NCBI GenBank assembly: GCA_965287045.1
Contig: OZ336885.1
Span: 64,170,001-64,234,000 of the forward strand
Reading direction: 5' to 3'
DNA: 64,000 nucleotides
Origin: Carcharhinus amblyrhynchos
Taxonomy: Eukaryota
Shown: positions 1-9,899 of the stretch, in pieces
Layout of the letters: every line of letters begins with the position of its first letter
How positions within the stretch are numbered: the first letter of the stretch is position 1
Notes under the pieces: generated by a model
Seen by the model: only the letters and a program-made list of their open reading frames with translations
Databases searched by the model: none
What the model was told of the DNA's origin: nothing
Made by a program: the position numbers and the translations under genes

Positions 1-533
1 AAGGGAGCCAACTAGCAGACGCTGCAGCCGAGGCTGCAGCTGGGGAAGCTCTCCCGCACATAACCGCTACCACAACAACACCCTTGGAGGAAGTGGATAT
101 TTATGAGCCGCAGTGTAATGCAAACCCAGATGAGGTGACACACTGGGAACAGGCAAGGGCGTCCAGAGACAAAGATGGAGTATGGCGCAAAGGGCACCCA
201 ACCCCATATACCTCTGCCAATCATCGATACAGAAAACCGCAGCCCCGGGCAGAACACCGATATATTCCCAACCACCGGTACAGGGAGCAAGATAGAAAGA
301 ACCCCAGATATGCACCCCTACAAGTGCAGTCTTACACCTGCGGGCAACCCAACCATTTTGCCCGGAACTGCAGGGTACCACCCCACTACCCTACACGACT
401 ATCTCAGCAATTCCTTGACGATGGACCCCAACCCATGCCCCTCGAAGGACCTGCCCAACAAGAAGCTACAACCCCCACCCACTACCCACAGAACCGGCAC
501 ATGAACCCACTGATCCCGCGCCAATTTACATAG
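1..533 (+). pseudogene. gag: gag C-terminal/nucleocapsid region (5'-incomplete, disrupted)
   Basis: ORF 84-533 contains Q[S]YTCGQPNHFARNC, a CX2CX4HX4C knuckle whose first Cys is mutated (TCT), in a basic, Pro-rich context. Confidence 0.8.
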
Positions 534-789
534 CTTCAGGAATAAAACTTCGACCCAGCAGGCGCCGACGAAAAGGTTGGGGTACCCCGCAAATCTTACT
601 CCCTGTGGCGCACCGGTACCGTTGCTCCCAGAAAGGTTAGACCCGGCACTCACTACAAAGAGGTTTCCTGGCAGTCAAAGCCCGCCCTCGTAGGTTCCCT
701 TCACTAAGGAACGATCAGGGCATCACAGTCTAGTTTGTAAATCGCTTTATCCGCCCACTCCACGCCCCCACTCCAGTATAAAATGAAAA

Positions 790-1075
790 AAAAAAGTGCA
801 ACAGTTAGACCACCAACTCGGAGAGCTGCGCCACACAGGCAGAGGTCAACAGGATATAAAAGACAAGGTTAGTAAACATGCCATCTGCTATACCACCACA
901 CTTCCCCAGGCAGGGGACAAATTTTTGGTCTGAGTTGCCCCCGATCAAACAGGGTTCGCATCCGAAATGGGTAGGACCCCATGAAATTATGCTCACTAGC
1001 GACACATATGCCTGTGTTGACATCAAATGGAAAGGCCGTTGGAGACACTGTTCACAGCTGAAGGCATACCACCCC
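790..1075 (+). pseudogene. pol: pol remnant: integrase C-terminal domain only
   Basis: Across two frames reads LPQAGDKFLV*VAPDQTGFA / PKWVGPHEIMLTSDTYACVDIKWKGRWRHCSQLKAY, the GD.VLV...P+W.GP...W.H.SQLK pattern of retroviral integrase tails. No RT, RNase H or DDE core lies between this and gag. Confidence 0.75.
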
Positions 1076-1078
1076 GGC

Positions 1079-1104
1079 GGGGGGGGGGGGGGGGGGGGGG
1101 GGGG
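1079..1104. repeat. Poly-G run (26 nt)
   Basis: Seen directly. Confidence 0.95.
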
Positions 1105-1339
1105 TCGTGGAGCTGGGGAGGGGGGAGAGACAGGACAGACTGACTGTAAGGACAAGAGTAGTCCATCAGGATAAACGGGCCACGTATCGAACCATAACTA
1201 ACCACCTCTATCCACACAGCGGAGATCGAATTAACAACCTTCATCTCTAGGACGGAGGACAGCCACACATCAGCCACGGCTCTAATATGTGTATGTATGC
1301 ATGTAGATGTAGAGGCATGCCTAAGTAGATTAGTTTAGA

Positions 1340-2096
1340 GTGATTAGTTAATATTAAGATTCTAATACCTGGCGGCCACCAGGCTTTGTGTACACTTCCT
1401 ACCCCTCTCCAGGATGATAACCAGTTTGAGGGTGGCCCTATCCGTGATCTTCTTGTCCAGGTTCGCCATCCAGGGATACATCACCAATCAATAATCCCAC
1501 GGAATAATATTCAATACGTCCGAGGCGTTGTGCGTGCCGGCAGCACCATGCCCCGAGGACAACAGCATGTATTCCAATGCATGGCTACAAGTCCACACAG
1601 GTCTCGATATGACATGCTTCATCTGCACATTGGATAAGACCCAAACATGTATCCAACGGCCAGACTGGCTGAGCGACTCCGGCTGCAACTTTGGGACGAT
1701 CTGCGCGCTTCCCGAGGACCCACGGATCCAGCCACAAAGAGGCATTTTGAAACCGGACACTGATATTTGCGGGTACTATGGACTAGTTGAGGCTCCGGTC
1801 GTCTCACTATATGTATGTTTTGCACTTCCTACAACGCGGGCCTCCTGACCACGACGCCCGAAATCTTACCCTGCCCCTTGCTGAGCGGTAGGCCGGAGGG
1901 AGGACTGATGTTGTGGAGCGAGGGAGAAATTGTATTTGACAATGTGAAAGACGAAATCGTGCCTGTTCCTGTCGATATCTCAGGGATCCAGGTACTGGGA
2001 TACGGTTCAGAACAGACACGAGACATGTCCCAAATGCTGGGCAGGGAAACTATAAAGCGGGCTGTCGATGCGATGGGAGCAACACACTGCAGAGAC

Positions 2097-2131
<35 letters not shown>

Positions 2132-3208
2132 GCAAAAGGGGCATAGTCAATGACATCCTCACAGGTATAAACACCGGATCCAGCGTGGTTAACTCAATTG
2201 ACATTCAGGGACTCAGTAATAAGGTAGAACCGTTGAAGGGAGTGTTGAAAGATATCCTGCAACGGTCACTCGCCCAACAAGCCGAGCAGGCTCTTTTGGG
2301 GGAGAGGGGTGTCCATACTCAACTAGATGGAATCACAATATTAGAAACATACGCCCGTACCATTAACAGCCTTATAGACAGAGAGAGGGAAAACACTGAC
2401 CGGGTACAACAGGGAGAGCTGTGCCACGCGTACGGTCGGAGGATGGTAGGTCAATTAAGGCATAAATTGGACCAGGTACACAGGGGGGAGGTGCCTGATT
2501 GCATTGAGAGCACCCGGCTAACAAAACTCCCAGATCAGAAGGGGGTGCTGGATAGCCGAACCTTGAAAAGAATGACACAGGTATATCCAGTGATCCCCGA
2601 ATGCGAGGTTACCGAGAGTACGGGAGGAAGGATGGTCCAATTGAATCCAATAGTTGCACCAGACTCGGGACCATTCCCTATCTTGGAGACTGAAAACATC
2701 GGTGTTGTTCGAGGTAAAACCTCTCTCCGCTACCATATAGTCGAAGGCCATCTCAAGGCATGGTGTGATGTTCAGTACCTCCCTCTCGGGATGCAAACGA
2801 AGGGGAGAGATCACTTTCTGCCCTCACCGACTGAGACAAGGAGAGGCAGCGGAATGCGGGTTTAACAAAACGCAGGGCTGTACCCTAGAATTTACACCCA
2901 CCGATCCACACTTTGCCCGGGCAGGATACGGAGGACGAGGCAGGTATTGTGTAGCCACAACAAGAACATCCTTCATATACGACGTGCTGACATGCCCGAT
3001 CCCCAGCCCGAACTTCTGCTTCACCCCTCACCGACCGATCACGATTGACCAGGTCCACATCACCAACAACCGAAGTAGACAGACCCTGAGACTTAATGCC
3101 ACAGACCCATTGAGAGGCGACCTCAAATATTAACGAGAGCGAGAACAGGCTCCAATCCCACCCTTAGCAGAAGTACTGAGAGAGCTCCGCCTCAGAGTGG
3201 GACACTCT
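1340..3208 (+). pseudogene. env: env 5' part (Cys-rich SU, cleavage site SKR|GIVNDILTG, long TM ectodomain), frameshifted; start approximate
   Basis: Chained ORFs 1528-1848, 1815-2153, 2068-2865 and 2765-3133 plus read-through to 3208. Basic site followed by a Gly/aliphatic fusion-peptide-like segment, a heptad region and a Cys-rich block (CKRRGEITFCP...CGFNKTQGC...YCV...CPIPSPNFC). Confidence 0.8.
2098..2130. repeat. (AC)n microsatellite inside env
   Basis: Seen directly, immediately 5' of the AGC AAA AGG (SKR) codons. Confidence 0.95.
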
Positions 3209-3537
3209 CATTGTTCTCCGGAGCATTGAACCTGGTGGGCTTTGGTGAGTGACTGATTTGAATTGAAAACCGCTTTTTTTTCTGTACTTCCCGTTCTCGG
3301 GGCTTGTTAGAGTGTACTTTACTTCCGTACCGGAAGATAGGCGAGGGGATAGTCGTTAAGGGGGAGCGGGGGTTATAAAAAAGCGGTAGCAGCATACAGC
3401 GGGCAGCGTCGGGAGCGTGCAGCGAAGTGAGTGGGAACTGAGTGAGAAGGGCTTTGGCTCGCTGCGCTTAGGAGAGAGTAGGCTTCGAGAAGGGGCGTTG
3501 CACATTCTACATTTGGGCGCTTACAGGAGGTTGGGGC

Positions 3538-4471
3538 ATGGCAGGGAATATAGGGAGGAATATAAATTGTGCCAGGTGCCACATGTGGGAGTTCTTGGTG
3601 GTGTCACGTGTCCCCAAGGTCCACATCTGCAGTAAATGTTTAGAACTGCAGCGCTTGAGGGCCCGGGTCAGGCAACTCGAGGGGCGTTTGGAGGATGCGT
3701 TTCTAGTCAGGGAAAACGAGGAGTTGATGGCTAGGAACCACGAGCAGGAAGAGGTCCCAAGGGCTGAAGAGCAGGAAGGGAGGACGACTGTGAGGAGGAG
3801 AAAGAGGAATAAGAAGAGTAGTTAGGGTCCCCCGGCTCCCAAGAGGCCCCCCAAGTTTCGTCGACAGGGGCACAGAAAGATAGGCAGGAAGGGGAGACTG
3901 ACTTAGAGGGACAGAAGGGGGCTGGCAACGTGATAGTGGTAGGGGATGGGAGGGTCCGAGGTATTGATAGGAGGTTCTGTGGACAGAGGCGTGACTCCAG
4001 GTTGGTGGTCTGCCTCCCTGGAGCAGGGGTAAAGGATGTAACGGAAAGGTTAGAGGGTATTTTGAAAGGGGAGGGGACCCAGGCAGAGGTCATAGTACAC
4101 GCAGGGGAGGGGGACATAGGAAGGAGGAGTACGGTAGAGGTCCGTAGGCAATTTAGGGAGTTGGGGTCCAAACTAAAGAGCAGGACCTCCAGGGTGGCAC
4201 TCTCTGGGTTGCTGCCCAGTACTAGCAGGGCAAAGAATGACGAGATCATGCAGTTGAATGCATATCGAGGGATTGGTGTAGGGTAGAGGGCTTTACCTTT
4301 GTGGATCACTGGGAGGTGTTTAGGAGAGAAGGGCAACTGTACAGGAGGGGTGGGGAGAATTTGAACGGGAGGGGAACTAGTGCCTTAGCGGGGAGGTTAT
4401 CTGGGGTGTTCAGGAATGAACTACTAAGGAGGGTGGGGGGGTCGGGAGGTGGCTGGGAGAGAGTCGGGTGA
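3538..4471 (+). pseudogene. CR1 ORF1 (Zn finger/leucine zipper plus SGNH esterase-like domain), frameshifted near 3820 and 4265
   Basis: CARCHMWEF...HICSKCLELQRLRARVRQLEGRL; VIVVGDGRVRGIDRRFCG...VCLPGAGVKDV...DWCRVEGFTFVDHW. Confidence 0.85.
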
Positions 4472-7305
4472 AAGGATAATTATCAGGGAGAAGGAGGTTC
4501 CGAGGGACACTCGTGGGTTGAACTGGGTCTGTTTCAATGCTAGGAGTGTGGCAGGGGAAACGGATGAGCTTAGGGTTTTGATGTTTGTGAGGCAGTTAGA
4601 TGTGGTGGCTGTAACGGAGATGTGGTTACGGGAAGGGCTGGACTGGCAGCTGAATGTTCTTGTTTACAAGTGTTTAAGGTGTGACAGAGGAGAGTTGAAC
4701 AGAGGTGGAGGCATGGCACTGTTAGTAAAGGAGAACATCACAGTAGTGCAGAGGGAGGACGATATGGAAGAGACAGGGATTGAGTCACTGTGGGTGGAGT
4801 TGAGGAATAAAAAGGGAGAGACTACATTGCTAGGGGTGTACTACAGGCCACCCAACAGCCCGAGGTCGGTGGAGGAAGGCATTTACAGGGGCATTTTGGA
4901 CAGGCGCAGGAAGAATAGAGTGGTTGTAGTGGGTGACTTTAATCTTCCGGAGTGAATTGGAGGGGGCCGAGAGCTGGGGGTACGGAGGGAGAGGAGTTTG
5001 TGAAATGTGTTTTGGAAGGGTCTCTAGAGCAGAATGTAACTAGCCCGACTAAGGGAGGGGCTATACTGGATTTAGTGTTGGGTAATGATCCGGAACAGGT
5101 GGGTGAGGTAGAGGTAGGCGAATATGTGGCTAACAGTGACCACAAGTCCGTCTACTTTAGGACAAAAATGGAAAGGGACGAGTGCCGGCCGAACGGGAGT
5201 GTGCTGAACTGGGGAAAGGCGAGCTATAGCAGGATTAGGAGGGAGCTGCAGGACACTGATTGGGAGGGACTATTTGCTGGCAAGTCCACGGTTGGCAAAT
5301 GGGAGGCTTTTAAGGGCAAAATGAAATGGTTGCAGGGGAGGTATGTTCCGGTTAAGCGGAAGGATGGGAAAGGTAGGATTAGAGAGCCGTGGATTACAGG
5401 GGGTATTGAAAACTTGGTCAGGAAGAAGAGGGAGGTGTATGTTAGGTCGAAACGACTGGGTACGGAGAGTGCGCTGGAAGAATATAGAGAGAGTAGGACA
5501 GAGCTAAAAAGGGGAATTAGAAGGGCGAAGAGAGGGCATGAAATGGCTTTGGCTGGTAGGATTAAGGAAAATCCAAAGGCATTTTATTCCTATATTAGGA
5601 GCAGGAGAGTAGTTAGAGGGAAAATTGGTCCTCTTAGGGACAAAAGTGGGGAGTTATGTATTGAGTCGGAGGGAATGGGGGAGCTCCTGAATGAATACTT
5701 TGCGTCGGTATTCACGAAGGAGAGGGGTTCGGAATTGTGCGGTCTCTTGGAGGGAGCTGAGGATCAGTTGCAGGAAATATCTATTACGAGGGAGGAAGTG
5801 CTAGGGCTTTTAGGTAGCGTAAGGACGGATAAAGCTCCGGGGCCTGATGGCATTTGTCCCAGGCTGCTCAGAGAGGTGAAAGATGAAATTGCTGGGCCTC
5901 TGGCGCAAATCTTTGTCTCTTCTTTGGACACAGGTGAGGTCCCAGAGGACTGGAGGGTAGCAAATGTGATACCACTGTTCAAAAAAGGTAGTAGGGATAA
6001 CCCTGGAAATTATAGACCGGTGATTTTGACATCGGTGGTAGGGAAATTAATGGAAAAAATACTTAGGGGTAGGATGTATGAGCATTTGGAGCGTTGCGAT
6101 CTGATTAGGGATACGCAACATGGCTTTGTTAGAGGGAGGCCTTGCCTTATGAATCTGGTGGAATTCTTTGTGGAGGTGACAAAAATGGTTGATAATGGGA
6201 GAGCCGTTGATGTCATCTATATGGATTTCAGTAAGGCCTTTGACAAAGTCCCTCATGGTAGGCTGGTAGAAAAGTTTAAGGCGCATGGGATACGAGGCCA
6301 GGTAGCTAGGTGGATTGAGAACTGGCTGGGTAATAGGAGACAGAGGGTAGTTGTGGAGGGGACCTTGTTGGGCTGGAGGCCAGTGACCAGTGGTGTGCCG
6401 CAGGGCTCAGTACTGGGACCTTTCCTCTTTGTAGTATACATAAATGAATTGGAAGCGAGCTTAGATGGTATGATCAGCAAGTTTGCTGATGACACCAAAA
6501 TGGCAGGGTTGGCGGGTACTGAACTGGATTGTCAGGTGATACAACAGGATATAGATAGGTTGGTGCATTGGGCCGATAGGTGGCAGATAAAATTTAATCC
6601 TGACAAATGTGAGATGATGCATTTTGGAAGGAATAATGCAGAGAGGAGCTATGTGATAAAAGGTAGACAGATTAGGAGTATAGACATACGGAGGGACCTG
6701 GGAGTGCAGGTTCACAAATCCATGAAGGTTGCGTTACAAGTGGAGAAGGTTGTTAGGAAGGCTTTTGGAATGTTAGCCTTTATAGGAAGGGGTATAGAGT
6801 ATAAAAGCTGCCGTCTAATGCTTCAGTTGTATAGAACGTTGGTTAGACCGCATTTGGAGTACTGTGTCCAGTTCTGGTCACCTGAGAACCGGAAGGACAT
6901 GGAGTCTCTGGAAAGGGTGCAGAGGAGGTTTACCAGGAAGTTGCCTGGCATGGAGGGGATGGGTTACGAGGAAAGGTTGGAGAAACTGGGACTATTCTCC
7001 TTGGAAAGACGGAGATTGAGGGGGGACATGATAGAGGTATATAAGATACTGAAGGGAATAGATAGAGTTAATAGTGAGAGACTGCTCCCTAGACTGGGTA
7101 CAAATACGAGAGGTCATGATTTAAGGGTGAGGGGGAGAGGTATAATTTGGAAGTGAGGGGAAGGTTCTTTACGCAGAGAGTTGTGGGGGTATGGAACGCG
7201 CTACCGAGTAGGGTGGTGGAGGCAGGAACGTTGGACTCGTTTAAGGTTCAGTTAGATAGACGCATGAGTGAAACGAGGATGGAGGGTTATGGTAGGGGCT
7301 ATTAA
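4449..7305 (+). pseudogene. CR1 ORF2 (APE endonuclease plus reverse transcriptase), frameshifts near 4953 and 7135
   Basis: NARS, ETW-like VTEMWL, YYRPP, GDFN, LDLV, SDH (APE); KAPGPDG, NYRP, DFSKAFD, GVPQGS, KFADD (RT); C-terminal FFTQRVV...WNALP. Confidence 0.97.
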
Positions 7306-7837
7306 ATAAGGTTAGAACCTCGGGAGACACCGGAAAAGCAGACTTGTAAGATTAACGTTTTTGTCTTTTTTATTCCGCAGGTGGAGGTTCCCCTCGTGTC
7401 AAACGAGGGGCATGCACACGGTGGGTCGTGCGTGGGCTGCTCTTGGAGGTTCTGGGAGTGGCCTAGTACTTAGTGTTGGTGTGTGTGCTTGATCCTGGAC
7501 CGGTAGACAGGTGCCCCAACAGCTTGGTGACTAGCACTGCTAGCTGTGCAGATACATGGATTTGGGCCTGTGTCTGTGGGAGTTTGCGAATTCTCCCTGT
7601 GGTTGCGTGGGTTTCCTCCGGGCGCTCCGGTTTCCTCCCACACCCCAAAGATGTGCTCTTAGGCTGATTGGTTTTACCAAATTGACACTATTCTCCCCTG
7701 AATCTGGCTAAGTTAGGGGTTCCATTCGTAGACACGCAGGGTAGAATAGGTGTAGGGTGATGCGGTGGCGCGGGCTCGTTGGGCCGAAGGGCTTGTTTCC
7801 CGTGCTGGGTTGTTCTTTGTTTGTTGTTTTGTACTCT

Positions 7838-8151
7838 GTTCGATTATACCACCAGCTACAATCACATATCAAAACCCTAGAGCATGACACAGAGTCAGCC
7901 TTCCAGAACCAGACGTGGGTTCAGGGGGTTGTCACTGGGGTCTAAGTGTAGACATTCACCCCTGGATCCGGATAATCTCGCACATACTGGTTGCCATCCA
8001 ACTCATACTGGCAATATCCTGGGGGGTCATAACGGGCTATACATCCCGCCAGCGCAAGAAAACCAAAACTAGGAGGGAATTAATCAGAATGATTGGCAAT
8101 ATGGGACTATTAACAAATCGGGAAGACTTCTCCCGCATACACCTCATTTGA
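7838..8151 (+). pseudogene. env: env 3' part (second heptad, transmembrane helix, cytoplasmic tail)
   Basis: VRLYHQLQSHIKTLEHDTESAFQNQTW continues in frame from ...LRELRLRVGHS (3208) once the CR1 and one TSD are removed; after a frameshift comes the hydrophobic WIRIISHILVAIQLILAISWGVITG and basic RQRKKTK. Confidence 0.8.
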
Positions 8152-8269
8152 CAAACCCGGGGTTCCCCTAAACTGTATGACTGCAGCGTGCAAATGCAGG
8201 GAGCACCAGTCATAAAATTTGTTAAGAAAATCGGTCTGAGGGAGGCGGAACAAGCCCGCTCCCGACCGA

Positions 8270-8280
8270 CAGGGTGGAAC
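8270..8280 (+). promoter_or_regulatory. Polypurine tract of the ERV
   Basis: CAGGGTGGAAC directly abutting the TG start of the LTR. Confidence 0.6.
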
Positions 8281-8928
8281 TGTTATCGGACAACAAATTG
8301 TATGAAATTAGGCACAAAAAAATGGAAGCAAACGGAAGCTATCCTCAGAGCCCTCCACTAAAATCACAAAGTAACAGACACTGATCAGCAGGCAAGAGCA
8401 TGCCTTTAGAATGCAAATGAGGGCTAGCACATATGGGAAATTGGACAGGATGGCACCGACGGGAGCGAAATTAAAGAACACATCCCCACTCCATCAAAAT
8501 TAGCACCTCTAAACCAGTCAAACAACCCATGGAGACACCTAAAATTAACTCAATTAAGGAAGCATCCCTGGCCCCTCAAAACTCTTGAGATCAATAACAC
8601 ACCTATGGTTCAAACCCCAGAGATTCTAGACCATTGATAACCAACCAGACAAAAACGATTAACACACACTTAAAACAATTGCTCCAACACTGGAAAACAT
8701 CGAAACAGGATGGCTGAAGTCAAATACTTTAAATAAAGGATTAGCATTTGAAACGCGACGTTCAGGTATAACTGTAGCCCCTTGTGGGGGAGTCTTTAGA
8801 ACACTTTCGGGACAGTCAGATTGAATGTCCTGACTGTGCTTCTGCGTCGACGTAAAGAAAATAAAGATGTGCCGGTACTGAACTTCACCCTGAGTCCGTA
8901 GTGGCCGTTTCGTCCACTCGCGCTAACA
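8281..8928 (+). mobile_element. 3' LTR of the ERV (648 bp)
   Basis: TGTTA...TAACA terminal inverted repeat, TATAA at 8767-8771, AATAAA at 8860-8865. Confidence 0.85.
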
Positions 8929-9376
8929 CTGCGTTACATATTTTCAAGTTTAGATTTGAAGGGAAAGGATTGAATCGCGCACTCGAGCCATCGCATTGGG
9001 TAAGGTTAAGTGCCCAGGCCTCAGAAAAAAAAAGGTTGCCTTAATTCGACTGTGCAGTAGGATTAAAGGCGATGAATTTCAGTGGCATTTTTTCAGGGAG
9101 ATATGAAAGATATCTCGAAAAAAATATGTATATTCCTGAGAGAGAAAAAAAAGAATTGAAAAGGGTGAAAAAGCATCAACAGTTTAGTCAGGAAACTAAT
9201 GATAACATAAGAGGGAAAACGAGCGCAAATAGTACTGCATAATCTCGCGGGAGCAGAGACGACGAGGGAAGCTCAAACGCTGGCAAACTACACACAGCAT
9301 GAAAATGACAAAATTAACACTGGTAGGAATATAGCTGAATCCACACACATCAACTCTGAATGTTTCGATAAGCATA

Positions 9377-9713
9377 TTAGAATTTTGGAAATGCAGAAGG
9401 AGGACATTCGGCCCATGCAGCCTGCACCGACAACAATACGGCCTCGGCCATATTCCCACAAAATGATATGTTTACCCCGCTAATCCCTGCAACCAACATA
9501 TTGTGGGAAAACAAAATACAATTTATCATGGTCAGTGCACATAATCTAATCGTTCTTGGACTGTGCGAGAAATCCACACCACCTACATTACACCCACACA
9601 GTCACGGGGATAACCGACACGCTACACAAAGACAGCGACCCAAGCCAGGAAAATAACCCAGTTCGCTGTCACAGTAAAACAACAGTGCTAACAACTTTGC
9701 CACTGTGACTCCC
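9377..9713 (-). mobile_element. Degenerate tRNA-derived V-domain SINE (HE1-like)
   Basis: Similar to the SINEs at 22962 and 62235; head-like segment at the right end, CR1-like GGGCCGAATG tail at the left. Confidence 0.65.
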
Positions 9714-9899
9714 CCTATTTCTCAAGAAGAAGTGAGTAGTGATGAATAGAAGAGAATTGATGGGTTATCAATTTTAAATTCGCAGTTGGCAGGGACACTA
9801 AAACATTAAATTATCCCGTGGACATAATACAAGGTAGTAACTCTGTCCAAAAAAAGAACAACTAAAACAGTGGAACTTGGTGAAATTGCCATAAGCTGT

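Larger units (their letters stand above)
3209..7832 (+). mobile_element. Near full-length CR1-clade LINE
   Basis: ACTCT TSD (3204-3208 / 7833-7837), 5' UTR, ORF1 with Zn finger, coiled coil and esterase fold, ORF2 with APE and RT, 3' end GGGCCGAAGGGC..TTTCC followed by a TGTT-type tail. Confidence 0.97.
1..8928 (+). mobile_element. Defective endogenous retrovirus (5' part outside window): gag remnant, pol mostly deleted, F-like env, PPT, 3' LTR; interrupted by a CR1 LINE at 3209-7832
   Basis: gag zinc knuckle, integrase C-terminal motif, env with basic cleavage site, fusion-peptide-like segment and TM helix, purine tract followed by a TGTTA...TAACA LTR, all on + and in retroviral order. Confidence 0.9.

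Noticed and set aside
805-1277. Poly-Pro/poly-Gly ORFs
   Set aside because: Produced by the 26-nt G run, which may be slippage or a base-calling artefact
3731-4336. 201-aa minus-strand ORF (and similar antisense ORFs at 5764-6715 and 58194-59148)
   Set aside because: Antisense shadows of purine-rich CR1 coding sequence
7383-7667. Apparent third ORF in the CR1 3' UTR ending ...PHPKDVLLG in all three copies
   Set aside because: A TAG interrupts the frame at the same place in two of three copies and indels differ upstream; the shared peptide follows from nucleotide conservation of the V-domain
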